A stretch of DNA of 64,000 nucleotides from a bacterium (GTDB lineage: Bacteria > Margulisbacteria > WOR-1 > O2-12-FULL-45-9 > XYB2-FULL-48-7), in NCBI GenBank assembly GCA_043812655.1, contig JBDRLW010000008.1, forward strand, positions 58,384 to 122,383, written 5' to 3'. Positions 53,713 through 63,346 of the stretch are shown here, in pieces. The notes beneath the pieces are model-generated. The model was not told the DNA's origin. It saw nothing but the letters and a program-made list of their open reading frames with translations, and did no database searches. A program made the position numbers and the translations under genes. The first letter of the stretch is position 1; the number at the start of each line of letters is the position of its first letter.

Positions 53713-54726
53713 ATGAAACAAAAAGAAACTAATTATATGATTGCCAGGGTGATAGCCCAATACAGAGGCAAATATAAGGTTGCCCGTAAAAATAAAGAGT
53801 TTTGGGCAGAAGTAGCCGGCAAAATGATATTTGCGGCTGAGTCAACAACCGATTATCCAGTTGTGGGCGATATCATAAAGATAGAAGAAATAGATGGCAA
53901 TCACGCCATCATTCAAGAAATATTACCCAGAAAAACCATTTTACAACGTAAGGCCTCGGGGAAAGATGATATCCAACCGATTGCGGCCAATATCGATGTG
54001 GCGTTTATTGTTCAGGCAGTGGACCGAGACTTTAATTTAAACAGATTCGATAGATATTTAGTATTAATTAAGGGGGCGAGGATTGAACCAATCATTATTT
54101 TAAATAAGATTGACCTTATATCACAGACAGAGCTTGATGAAAAAATTGCGCAGATTAAAGATAGGTTCCATAACATAGAGATATTAACTACCAGTGTCAC
54201 CAACCAGCACGGAATTAAAGAATTGCAAAACAGAATCAAGAATGGAAAGGTGTATTGTTTTGTCGGTTCTTCCGGGGTAGGAAAATCTTCAATTATTAAT
54301 GATTTGCTCGGTAAAGAGCTGATAAAAACAAGAGAAGTCAGTGCTTCGACAAAAAAGGGTAAGCATACCACTGCTTACCGCGAGCTTTTTATCCTTAGAA
54401 ACGGTGGCATGGTGATCGATAATCCGGGTATCAGAGAAGTTGGCATAACTTCTGCAAGCGACGCAGTAACCGATGTTTTTAATGATATAGCAGAATTGGC
54501 CAGGAAGTGCAAATTTGATAATTGCCAGCATATGCAGGAGCCAGGTTGTGCCGTTCTTTTTGCCGTTAAGTCAGGGGCGTTAAGTAAAGACAAGTATTTA
54601 AACTATATTAAACTGAAGAAAGAATCTGCTTATTATTCCTTGTCGAGTATAGAAAAGAAACAAAAAGAGAGAGATTTTGGACGGCTCGTTAAAAATTTCA
54701 AGAAGTTGAAGAATAAGGGCAAGTAA
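53713..54726 (+). CDS. rsgA: Ribosome small subunit-dependent GTPase A
   Basis: NKID, GSSGVGKSS, GKHTT, DNPGIRE and CKFDNCQH..EPGC motifs. Confidence 0.92.
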   Translation: MKQKETNYMIARVIAQYRGKYKVARKNKEFWAEVAGKMIFAAESTTDYPVVGDIIKIEEIDGNHAIIQEILPRKTILQRKASGKDDIQPIAANIDVAFIVQAVDRDFNLNRFDRYLVLIKGARIEPIIILNKIDLISQTELDEKIAQIKDRFHNIEILTTSVTNQHGIKELQNRIKNGKVYCFVGSSGVGKSSIINDLLGKELIKTREVSASTKKGKHTTAYRELFILRNGGMVIDNPGIREVGITSASDAVTDVFNDIAELARKCKFDNCQHMQEPGCAVLFAVKSGALSKDKYLNYIKLKKESAYYSLSSIEKKQKERDFGRLVKNFKKLKNKGK

Positions 54727-54728
54727 AG

Positions 54729-54800
54729 CTCCCCGGGCTGGATTCGAACCAGCAACACCTTGATTAACAGTCAAGTACTCTACCATTGAGCTACCGGGGA
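54729..54800 (-). tRNA. tRNA-Asn(GTT); CCA not encoded
   Basis: TCCCCGGTAGCTCAATGGTAGAGTACTTGACTGTTAATCAAGGTGTTGCTGGTTCGAATCCAGCCCGGGGAG folds as a cloverleaf. Confidence 0.95.
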
Positions 54801-54811
54801 ACATCTATGCC

Positions 54812-55120
54812 TTAGCTATTAGTTTTCAAAATTCCGCTGTGCAATTCACGGTGACAATTGGAACACAACAACCAACACTTTCCGATCTCGTCTTTAACCG
54901 TTTCCCAGCTTCTTGTATATCCTTTTTCGGAAATACCAAATTTTTTATTATTATCATCAATATGATGAAACTCTAAAGCGTCATGGCAACGTGAATAACC
55001 GCAAACCTCACATTTGCCACCTTTATGATCAATGGCTTTTTCTTTTATCAGCTTTCGTCTCTTCTGAACAGCCTTGATCATATATTCCCGTCGATCTTTA
55101 TATCGTCGCTTTTCTTTCAT
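54812..55120 (-). CDS. Small HNH endonuclease
   Basis: CEVCG, LEFHH and LLCSNCHRELH motifs. Confidence 0.85.
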   Translation of the reverse strand: MKEKRRYKDRREYMIKAVQKRRKLIKEKAIDHKGGKCEVCGYSRCHDALEFHHIDDNNKKFGISEKGYTRSWETVKDEIGKCWLLCSNCHRELHSGILKTNS

Positions 55121-55219
55121 CTCTCCCCCACCACCTACCCCCTATCCAGCTAGACATTTATTTTACCAACAAAGGCCAATTTAATCAACCTGGCTATTAG
55201 TATGCTAAAATTAATAGAT

Positions 55220-55969
55220 ATGAAAAATACCAGTTGGAATAAAGTGGCCGGATGGTACGATGGCCTGGTTGGCGACAGCGGCTCTGACTATCATGCCAAC
55301 GTTATCATTCCTGGGACTTTAAAGCTCCTCAAACCCAAAAAAGGTGAAAAGATCCTGGATGTCGCCTGCGGCCAGGGAGTTTTTTGCCGGGAATTGGCAA
55401 GGCTGGGCGCGATCGTAACGGGGATCGACGCTTCAAAGAAACTGATAGCCGCCGCCAAAGAACGCTCTCCCAAAGATGGCATCAATTATCTCGTTGCCGA
55501 CGCGGCTGATCTTAAACAATTACCATCGGGCAGTTTTGACGCCGCGACTTGCATTATGGCGATCCAAAACATGGAACCACTGGAGAAGGTTATTAGCGAA
55601 ATAGCCAGATTGGCAAATAGGATTATTTTAGTTTTTAATCATCCCTGCTTCCGGATCCCCAGACAAAGCGGTTGGGGGTTTGACGAAAAAAGGAAATTGC
55701 AATATCGCCGGGTTGATAGTTATTTATCGGAGCAAAAGATCCCGATCCAAATGCATCCCGGCCATAATCCTGATGTTTATACCTGGACATTCCACCGGCC
55801 GCTCGTAAAATATTTTAATACGTTAAATAACGCTGGGCTGGCAGTCACAAAGCTCGAAGAGTGGGTTTCACACCGGACCAGCAAACCCGGCGCTAATCAA
55901 AGGGCGGAAAACCGTTCGCGGAGTGAAATTCCTATGTTCATTGCGATTGGGGCAGTTAAGATAGGATAG
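55220..55969 (+). CDS. Class I SAM-dependent methyltransferase
   Basis: ILDVACGQG, HPCF and FHRPL motifs. Confidence 0.85.
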   Translation: MKNTSWNKVAGWYDGLVGDSGSDYHANVIIPGTLKLLKPKKGEKILDVACGQGVFCRELARLGAIVTGIDASKKLIAAAKERSPKDGINYLVADAADLKQLPSGSFDAATCIMAIQNMEPLEKVISEIARLANRIILVFNHPCFRIPRQSGWGFDEKRKLQYRRVDSYLSEQKIPIQMHPGHNPDVYTWTFHRPLVKYFNTLNNAGLAVTKLEEWVSHRTSKPGANQRAENRSRSEIPMFIAIGAVKIG

Positions 55970-56070
55970 AAATGCGTTGGGCGGTAGTGAAGGGCGAAAC
56001 GAAGAGTGTAAAGCGTTTGGCGTCTTGCCTCACTTCACCCTTCCCATTACGTTTCGCCTTTCGCCAAACG

Positions 56071-57054
56071 CTACCGAGCTAACGCTTCTGGCCTAAACAA
56101 TCCTTTTTCAGTAATGATCCCGGTTATATATTTAGCCGGAGTAACATCAAAAGCCGGGTTTTTGGCCGGCGAGCCGGGAGAACAGACTAAAATCTTTTCT
56201 CCCTTTGGACCTGTCTGATATAACACCTCGTCTTCACTCCGCTCTTCGATCGGTATATCTTTGCCGCTTTGGCAATTCAGATCAATGGTAGAAGATGGCG
56301 CCGCAATGTAGAAAGGTATCCCATATTCTTTGGCGCAGATCGCTTTTTCGAGCGTCCCGATCTTATTGGCGGTATCGCCATTTTTGGCGATCCGGTCGGC
56401 GCCAACGATCAGCAGATCGATCTTCCCTTGCGACATATAATAAGCGCCGGCATTGTCAGGGATGATCGCATGATCGATCCCTTCATTTTTCAGTTCCCAA
56501 GCGGTTAACTTTGCCCCCTGCCCCCGCGGCCGCGTCTCATCAACATAAACAAAAACTTTTTTCCCTTGTCGATTAGCAATGTAGATGGGAGATAAAGCTG
56601 ACCCGTAGTCAACAAACGCCAGCCAACCCGCATTGCAATGAGTCTCGATATTAGCCCCATTCTTGATCAACTCGCTGCCGATCTCCCCGATCTGCGCGCA
56701 ATTTTGCGCGTCTTCATCGGCTATCTTTTGCGCTTCAGCTACGGGATCTGTTGATTTGAAAACTCGTTCAACCGCATAAAACAAATTTTGTGCCGTCGGC
56801 CTGGTCGCTTCGATCTCCTTTTTCGCTTTAGCTAGATCAACTTTTCCTAAGAACGCTTGTGCCATCGCAAACCCCGCCGTCGCCCCGATCGCCCCCGCCC
56901 CGCGGACCAGCATCGTCTTGATAGCATCACAGGTATCTTTATAAGTTTTTGATTCGTGGATCTTAAATTCAAAAGGAAGAAAATTCTGTTCGATCAAAAA
57001 AACAGAGGAGCCTTCTAGCCAAACCGTCCGATAGTGTTTGCCGTTGACCTTCAA
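56071..57054 (-). CDS. mtnA: Methylthioribose-1-phosphate isomerase
   Basis: VRGAGAIG, THCNAG, ETRP and NKIGT motifs. Confidence 0.92.
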   Translation of the reverse strand: MKVNGKHYRTVWLEGSSVFLIEQNFLPFEFKIHESKTYKDTCDAIKTMLVRGAGAIGATAGFAMAQAFLGKVDLAKAKKEIEATRPTAQNLFYAVERVFKSTDPVAEAQKIADEDAQNCAQIGEIGSELIKNGANIETHCNAGWLAFVDYGSALSPIYIANRQGKKVFVYVDETRPRGQGAKLTAWELKNEGIDHAIIPDNAGAYYMSQGKIDLLIVGADRIAKNGDTANKIGTLEKAICAKEYGIPFYIAAPSSTIDLNCQSGKDIPIEERSEDEVLYQTGPKGEKILVCSPGSPAKNPAFDVTPAKYITGIITEKGLFRPEALAR

Positions 57055-57383
57055 CTGTTTTTCCTCGCCGCAAAGTTAAACGCTAAAAAATATTTCTGCC
57101 AGCTCTCGGCCGAAAACTTATACTGGTTCTTCCCCATAAAATAATCAGCCCAAAATTCCTTTAAACGTGTTAATTCTTTAAAATGTCCACGGTGTTTAGT
57201 ATCATTTAAAGACAAGTCAATTAACTCTATTGAACGAACAAACGCCAATCTGCTATATTCTGGAACCCCCTTTTTTCCCCAATTAATCGCCCTTTCCACT
57301 TCGCTCCCAATATTTGCCATTTGTTCGTATAAGGAAAACTTATTCCAACGATCGGCCGTTAAAGTTTGGTGCTGTTGGCTCAT
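57051..57383 (-). CDS. Hypothetical alpha-helical protein (partner of DUF5674)
   Basis: EQMANIGSEVERA; ATGA-coupled to the upstream gene. Confidence 0.65.
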   Translation of the reverse strand: MSQQHQTLTADRWNKFSLYEQMANIGSEVERAINWGKKGVPEYSRLAFVRSIELIDLSLNDTKHRGHFKELTRLKEFWADYFMGKNQYKFSAESWQKYFLAFNFAARKNS

Positions 57384-57721
57384 CTTTTAATAAGCTTTTC
57401 TACCACAGCAATTATTTTTGCCTGTATAAGAGGATCATCAACACTCCGAGTATTATTGTTTTGCGAAGGTCGGAGATTGATCATTGAATCAAATTCTATC
57501 CAATTAGCTTGGTCTAACGCCGGATAAAGATTTATCCCCCACAAATCCTTATTACTTGAACCATGCTCTAAAAGAAGAGCTTCTTCATCGGCATGTAATG
57601 AGGCATCAACCACCATGATCTCTTTTTCAATATCAACCACCGCTTTAATAAAATTATCAAATTCATTCTTTGCAAGAACATCTAGTTCGGCTAAAGTAAT
57701 GGGAGATTCAATGATTTTCAA
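57380..57721 (-). CDS. DUF5674-family protein
   Basis: KAVVDI, HADEE..LL..GS...DLWG.N and SMINLRP motifs. Confidence 0.7.
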   Translation of the reverse strand: MKIIESPITLAELDVLAKNEFDNFIKAVVDIEKEIMVVDASLHADEEALLLEHGSSNKDLWGINLYPALDQANWIEFDSMINLRPSQNNNTRSVDDPLIQAKIIAVVEKLIKR

Positions 57722-57723
57722 AA

Positions 57724-58251
57724 TTATTCCCCCTCAAACTCGGTTTGGGCGTAGACTTTGTAGCCAGCAGCTTCCAATTTTTTCCGGCCGCCGATATCAG
57801 GAAGGTCAACAATAAATGCCAGTTCAACCACTTCGCCGCCAATCTTCTTAACTAGTTTAGCCGCGGCTAAAGCGGTCCCGCCAGTGGCAATTAAATCATC
57901 AATGATCAAAACTTTTTGGCCTTTTTCGAGGGCATCTTTGTGGATCTCGATCACGTCGGTGCCATATTCCAGCGCATACTCTTCTTTCTCGGTCGCCGCC
58001 GGGAGTTTTCCTTTTTTCCTGACCGGGACAAAACCCTTGCCCAAAAGATAAGCGACAGCGCCGCCTAAGATAAATCCCCGTGAATCTATCCCCACCACAA
58101 TATCGATCTCTTTCTTCTCATATCTCTTCACAAAGTCATCGATGCAAAGCTTAAGCCCGACCGGATCTTTCAAAAGCGTCGTGATATCACGGAACATTAT
58201 CCCCGTCTTGGGCCAGTGGGGAACAGTGCGAATTCTTGATTTGATCGGCAT
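57724..58251 (-). CDS. apt: Adenine phosphoribosyltransferase
   Basis: FRDITT, RKKGKLP and IDDLIATGGT motifs. Confidence 0.95.
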   Translation of the reverse strand: MPIKSRIRTVPHWPKTGIMFRDITTLLKDPVGLKLCIDDFVKRYEKKEIDIVVGIDSRGFILGGAVAYLLGKGFVPVRKKGKLPAATEKEEYALEYGTDVIEIHKDALEKGQKVLIIDDLIATGGTALAAAKLVKKIGGEVVELAFIVDLPDIGGRKKLEAAGYKVYAQTEFEGE

Positions 58252-58252
58252 C

Positions 58253-58987
58253 TTATATCCTCCCTACGACTTCAACTATCAATTTCTCAACTTTTTTGGC
58301 GTTCTCTTTCATTGTTTTCATTACCATTTCAAAAGTCACGGGGGCTTCATCAGTCTTCCAACAGTCATAATCGGTCGACATGGCGATCGTTTGATACGGC
58401 AGGCCAAGCTCGCCGGCTAAAATTACTTCGGGACAAGTCGACATATTTATAATATCCGCTCCCCAGGCGCGGAACATGTGGCTTTCAGCCCGGGTGGAAA
58501 ACCTTGGCCCCTCGATCGTTACCACCGTGACATCACGATCATAAACATAACCCAATTCATCACATGTTTTACACAATATATCTGTTAATCTTTTATCATA
58601 CGGATCGCTCATTGGCGTATGGATCACTTTGTCGTGGAAAAAGGTTAAATTCCGGTGACGGGTAAAGTCGATGAATTGGGACGGGAAAACTAAGTTTCCC
58701 GGCTTGATCTCTTCCCGGAGCGAGCCAACCGCGGTCGCGGCTAAAATGTGGGTGCAACCTTCCTCTTTTAACGCAAATATATTGGCCAAAAAGTTAACTT
58801 TGGTCGGCATGATCCCATGATCGCGGCCATGACGGGCAATAATAACAACGTCTACCCCATTTATCTTCCCGCAAGCCAATGGTGACGATGTTTGCCCATA
58901 TTTATTATTAACAACTTTATCCTTCCCCTCTTTTAAAATTTGGGGATTATCCAAGCCAGAGCCACCAATAATACCGATTTTTTTCAT
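58253..58987 (-). CDS. mtnP: S-methyl-5'-thioadenosine phosphorylase
   Basis: GIIGGSG, EGPRFSTRAES and TDYDCW motifs. Confidence 0.92.
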   Translation of the reverse strand: MKKIGIIGGSGLDNPQILKEGKDKVVNNKYGQTSSPLACGKINGVDVVIIARHGRDHGIMPTKVNFLANIFALKEEGCTHILAATAVGSLREEIKPGNLVFPSQFIDFTRHRNLTFFHDKVIHTPMSDPYDKRLTDILCKTCDELGYVYDRDVTVVTIEGPRFSTRAESHMFRAWGADIINMSTCPEVILAGELGLPYQTIAMSTDYDCWKTDEAPVTFEMVMKTMKENAKKVEKLIVEVVGRI

Positions 58988-59028
58988 GCTTTGATTATAA
59001 CATTTTTTTCTGATAAAATAATCCCAAC

Positions 59029-60987
59029 GTGCCAACTAGAGCCATTGAACTCATTAAACTTGACACCGCCCAGGAAAAATATCTAAAAGATATCTCCGTC
59101 CAGGAATTTTTTGGATTTCCCTTGGCTCCGATCGTGGCCGCCGAAGAAAAACTATTAGCCAAAGAAACCCCTTCAATCGCCTACTTTTCCATGGAATTTG
59201 GCCTTGCCCCCAGCGTTTATCACACTTTTAAAACCGTTAACCCGATTGACAATTCAAATGTTATTTCTAACCACGAAGTTTTCTCTAACATGAAAGATAT
59301 GGACTATTACCATGCTCTTCCCTTGAAAAAGATCATTGACCTGCCGATCTATAGCGGCGGTCTGGGAGTTTTGGCTGGCGACGCCTTAAAGTCTTCCGCT
59401 GATCTTGGACTCTCACTCGCTGGCGTTGGCATTCTTTGGCACAAAGGGTATTTTAAACAACGATTCTGGTTTAAGGCTGGCGGCCAATTGCCGGAAGAAT
59501 TAACCTGGGACCCCAATTCCTACCCCGGCCTCATTCCGCTCAAGCCGCGCGTTAACATCACTTTAAGCGGACAAAAAGTCGAATTAAAACTTTGGAAATA
59601 TTATGTTTATTCCCAAGACCTGAAAAATGTCGTTCCACTGGTCCTGCTTGACGCCAACCTGGAAGAAAACCCGGAATACTTTCGGGCTTTGACCGACCAA
59701 CTCTATCGAAGCACAAATAATTGGCTAAAGATCTGCCAGCGGGCTATCCTCGGCATGGGGGGGATAAAAGCGCTTGAAGCGCTGGGCTACAATATTAGCA
59801 AATACCATCTCAATGAAGGCCATGCCGCCCTGGCTTTTGTCGAAAAAGCAAAGAAACAAAACCCGGAGAAGCTAAAAAATATGTTCGCTTATACCTGCCA
59901 TACCCCGGTCGAAGCCGGCCATGACCGTTTTAATTTGCAGGAACTGACCGCGGTTTTGGGGCCGGAATCAGCTGAAATAGTTAAAAAGTATGGCCGTGAT
60001 GGGAATAACGCTAACCTTACACTGCTGGCTATGTCAACCAGCGGGCATGCTAACGCTGTCGCCAAAAAACATGGCGAAGTAACCCGCCTCCAATTCCCAA
60101 AATATAAAGATCAGATCGAGAGTATCACCAACGGGGTCCACACTTACACTTGGCTGTCGGCGCCGATCCGCGACCTCTTAAAAAAATACCAGTCTAAGAT
60201 CGGCGATTGGGAAAAAGACCCTTGCCTCTTATCTAATGTCAGCAAGCTCAAAAGCGACCCCCAGTTTATTTCCGACCTCTGGGCGGCTCATTTGGAAAAC
60301 AAGAAAAAACTAGCTAAGTTTTTAGAGTTCTGGTATTTTGACGAAAAAGCTTTTACGATCTCTTGGGCGAGAAGATTGGCCCCTTATAAACGGCCGACCC
60401 TTTTACTGCAAGACCCGAACCGTCTCCTGAATATTGCCAGGAAGATCGGGCCGCTCCAAATTATTATTGCCGGCAAAGCCCATCCAGCCGATGTCCCCGC
60501 TTCGATCCATATGGACCTGATGCTCGAAAAGATCACGATCTTGAACGGCGAGCGGAAAAATTTGCGGATCGTCTTCCTCGAGAATTACGATACTTTCTTT
60601 GGCAAACTATTAACCAGCAGTGTCGATGTTTGGCTTAATAATCCCCTTCCCCCTTTCGAAGCCTCCGGCACGTCTGGCATGAAGGCGATCTTGAACGGCG
60701 TCGTCCAGCTTTCAACTCTTGACGGTTGGGTCGTTGAAGCGGCCGATAAAAATATCGGCAAGATCTTTGGCTATGTGCCGCCAGCAGGCGAGATCGGCAG
60801 TGAAGACGACTTAAGGCTTGAGCAAGATTCAAAAGAGTTGTACGATAACCTAGAAAAAATGGCCGCCGATTATTACGCTAAAACCCCAGCCTGGACCGAA
60901 ATGATGGCAAATTGCATTGCCGAAGCCGGGTTCTTCAATACGCAGAGAATGATATCAGAGTATGATCAGAAGATTTGGGCAACATAA
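59029..60987 (+). CDS. glgP: Alpha-glucan phosphorylase
   Basis: YSGGLGVLAGD, HLNEGH and EASGTSGMK motifs. Confidence 0.9.
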   Translation: MPTRAIELIKLDTAQEKYLKDISVQEFFGFPLAPIVAAEEKLLAKETPSIAYFSMEFGLAPSVYHTFKTVNPIDNSNVISNHEVFSNMKDMDYYHALPLKKIIDLPIYSGGLGVLAGDALKSSADLGLSLAGVGILWHKGYFKQRFWFKAGGQLPEELTWDPNSYPGLIPLKPRVNITLSGQKVELKLWKYYVYSQDLKNVVPLVLLDANLEENPEYFRALTDQLYRSTNNWLKICQRAILGMGGIKALEALGYNISKYHLNEGHAALAFVEKAKKQNPEKLKNMFAYTCHTPVEAGHDRFNLQELTAVLGPESAEIVKKYGRDGNNANLTLLAMSTSGHANAVAKKHGEVTRLQFPKYKDQIESITNGVHTYTWLSAPIRDLLKKYQSKIGDWEKDPCLLSNVSKLKSDPQFISDLWAAHLENKKKLAKFLEFWYFDEKAFTISWARRLAPYKRPTLLLQDPNRLLNIARKIGPLQIIIAGKAHPADVPASIHMDLMLEKITILNGERKNLRIVFLENYDTFFGKLLTSSVDVWLNNPLPPFEASGTSGMKAILNGVVQLSTLDGWVVEAADKNIGKIFGYVPPAGEIGSEDDLRLEQDSKELYDNLEKMAADYYAKTPAWTEMMANCIAEAGFFNTQRMISEYDQKIWAT

Positions 60988-60995
60988 AATTTACA

Positions 60996-61496
60996 TTATT
61001 TCAACCAAAACATCCCGGTCTTTTCCAGGTAAGACTTGAATTCACTGCCAAACTTCTTTTCCAAAACAAACTTTTCTTCCAAATACCCTTGCACCCAGAT
61101 CATGGCAACAATGATCATGCCAAAATAAAATGAATAGGCAGCGGCCCAAACCCACCACCAGCCGACAAAAATAAAGATCAAGCTAAGGTAAAGGGGGTGG
61201 CGCAAATAATTATAGGGGCCAGAAGCAATAAGCTTGTCAGGCATGATCCCAAAGTCCGGAGCTTCTTGCTTTATTGTCCACCTAAACAAGACCAACCCGG
61301 CAATTATTGTCCCTACCCCGACCGGATACCACCAGAAATAATCAAGGCCAAAATGAGGCTGGGGAAAGATCACCGAAACCAAGGGTAATAGTATAAGAAG
61401 ATATTTTCCGGTTTTTCTATAGGCTGGTAAAATATCTCCCCATAATAAAGCCAAGTTAAGAATGAACAATAAAACAATCCCTATTTGAATAAGCAA
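60996..61496 (-). CDS. Isoprenylcysteine/phospholipid methyltransferase-family membrane protein
   Basis: GPYNYLRHPLY and EE motifs. Confidence 0.75.
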   Translation of the reverse strand: MLIQIGIVLLFILNLALLWGDILPAYRKTGKYLLILLPLVSVIFPQPHFGLDYFWWYPVGVGTIIAGLVLFRWTIKQEAPDFGIMPDKLIASGPYNYLRHPLYLSLIFIFVGWWWVWAAAYSFYFGMIIVAMIWVQGYLEEKFVLEKKFGSEFKSYLEKTGMFWLK

Positions 61497-61501
61497 AATA
61501 A

Positions 61502-61723
61502 TTACCTCCGATACCTATAGTATAACAAAATAAGGGCGAGAGCAAAAAAGACGAGGCCTAAAATAATGGCTAGCGGTTCCGAAAAAAACCCGCCAATAAA
61601 TAGTCCGATGAAAAAAAGCACTGTCGGAAAGCCAAAGGCGACCAGCGTAAGCTTTGGTTCGCCTCCGGGTTTGAACATCCCGCAGGCATCACAGCCTGCG
61701 CACTTAGAGCTTGCCTTCTTCAA
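61502..61723 (-). CDS. Small CxxCxxC membrane protein (RseC/MucC-like)
   Basis: CAGCDAC followed by two TM helices; TTG start assumed. Confidence 0.5.
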   Translation of the reverse strand: MKKASSKCAGCDACGMFKPGGEPKLTLVAFGFPTVLFFIGLFIGGFFSEPLAIILGLVFFALALILLYYRYRR

Positions 61724-61961
61724 TGATCCTCTTCTTTTCCCTTCGGCGTTCGCAATCGCCGCAGTTGCCTGGATCAAACACTAATTCCTGGCACAAAGCA
61801 CAAGCCAAGACATATTTGCCTTCATGCTGGAAAAGGCCAAGCTGGGCAAAACAATTGGGACAGGTAATCCGCTCCTTTTGTTTCTTTTTCTTTTCGACCG
61901 TATTAACTATCTCTATCATATATTCACAGATCGGACAATTTAGCTTAATTATGTTTTTCAT
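61704..61961 (-). CDS. Small protein with four CxxC pairs (zinc-ribbon-like)
   Basis: CPIC, CPNC, CALC and CGDC motifs. Confidence 0.65.
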   Translation of the reverse strand: MKNIIKLNCPICEYMIEIVNTVEKKKKQKERITCPNCFAQLGLFQHEGKYVLACALCQELVFDPGNCGDCERRREKKRIIEEGKL

Positions 61962-61971
61962 TTTTTCACTT

Positions 61972-62547
61972 TTAATAATTCTCGGCAAAAAGCTCAAAAT
62001 AGGCGGTGGGATGGGCGCAAGACGGGCACTTAGCTGGAGCCTCTTTTCCTTCATGGACATAGCCGCAATTGCGGCAATGCCATTTAACAATCGCGTCTTT
62101 CTTGAAAACCTTGTCGGTCTTAACATTGGCTAAGAGCTTACGGTATCTTTTTTCATGTTCTTCTTCGACTTCGGCGATCTCTTTAAATAGATCGGCTATT
62201 TCGGTAAAGCCTTCTTCCCTGGCAGTCTTTTCCGCTTCTTCATAAAGCTTGGTCCACTCCAGGTTTTCGCCATTCGCCGCCGCCTCAAGGTTGGCCGCGG
62301 TTTTACCGATCTCTCCGGCTGGATAAGCCGCGGTAATCGTTACTTCGCCCCCTTCTAAAAACTTAAAAAAGCGCTTGGCATGCTCTTTTTCGTTCTCTGC
62401 TGTTTCCAAGAAAATCCCAGAGATCTGTTCAAACCCTTCTTTTTTAGCTTGCGAAGCGAAATATGTATACCTATTTCGCGCTTGCGATTCCCCGGCAAAA
62501 GAAGCCAGTAAATTATGCTCCGTTTTGGTCCCTTTAACGCTTTTCAT
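61972..62547 (-). CDS. rbr: Rubrerythrin
   Basis: AGESQARNRY, two ExxH motifs, CRNCG..CPSC. Confidence 0.93.
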   Translation of the reverse strand: MKSVKGTKTEHNLLASFAGESQARNRYTYFASQAKKEGFEQISGIFLETAENEKEHAKRFFKFLEGGEVTITAAYPAGEIGKTAANLEAAANGENLEWTKLYEEAEKTAREEGFTEIADLFKEIAEVEEEHEKRYRKLLANVKTDKVFKKDAIVKWHCRNCGYVHEGKEAPAKCPSCAHPTAYFELFAENY

Positions 62548-62597
62548 ATTAGATCCCTCCTGGCATTATCTTACTATATATAGGTTAAGATGGTCAA

Positions 62598-63284
62598 TCA
62601 CACCCACTCCTCTTTTAATATTTTTCCCTGCAGGCTGACAACAATAACTTTGAGCGGGATCTTCCGCTTGGCTAGCTTAGCGCCTTCTTTGGCCACTTGG
62701 AGCAACCCACCGCAGCAAGGGACTTCCATTGTCATCACTGTCAAAGTATTGATCTTGGCCTCATCGATCATGGCTGTGATTTTTTCGACGTAGGCCTCCT
62801 GCCCTTCATCTAATTTAGGGCAGGCGATAGCTAAACTTTTTCCCTTAAGATAATCTTGATGAAAATTCCCTAACGCAAAGGCCACACAGTCAGCCGCCAA
62901 GATAACATCTTTTCCCATAAAATATGGAGCTAGTGGTGGAACCAAATGGAGTTGGACCGGCCATTGACGAAGCTGTGATCGCTGAGCCCCTGCTCCTTCC
63001 CCCTCACTCTCCCCTTGATCGCTAAAGTCCTGCATCGCCGCACCAGGACAACTGCAGGCCGCTGGAGCCGGACCGACAAAGGGAGCGGCGTCTCTCTCCA
63101 CAATCGTGATCGCCCCCTGGGGACAATCGCCAATGCAAGCCCCCAAACCGTCACAATAGTTATCAGCAACCAACTTGGCCTTGCCCTTGACCATTTTCAG
63201 CGCCCCTTCATGGCAAGCGGAGACGCACTGGCCGCAACCGTTGCATTTGGCTTCATCGATCTTTATTATTTTTCTTTTCGCCAT
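62598..63284 (-). CDS. 4Fe-4S dicluster-domain protein
   Basis: CNGCGQC, CDGLGAC, QWPVQL, ACPKLD and MEVPCC motifs. Confidence 0.85.
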   Translation of the reverse strand: MAKRKIIKIDEAKCNGCGQCVSACHEGALKMVKGKAKLVADNYCDGLGACIGDCPQGAITIVERDAAPFVGPAPAACSCPGAAMQDFSDQGESEGEGAGAQRSQLRQWPVQLHLVPPLAPYFMGKDVILAADCVAFALGNFHQDYLKGKSLAIACPKLDEGQEAYVEKITAMIDEAKINTLTVMTMEVPCCGGLLQVAKEGAKLAKRKIPLKVIVVSLQGKILKEEWV

Positions 63285-63296
63285 TATTTTCCCTTT

Positions 63297-63330
63297 GGTA
63301 ATACCCCACAATTAATTGTGGGGTATTACC
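63297..63330. repeat. Perfect palindrome family, copy 3
   Basis: GGTAATACCCCACAATTAATTGTGGGGTATTACC. Confidence 0.9.
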
Positions 63331-63346
63331 TTTTTGATTAATAATT

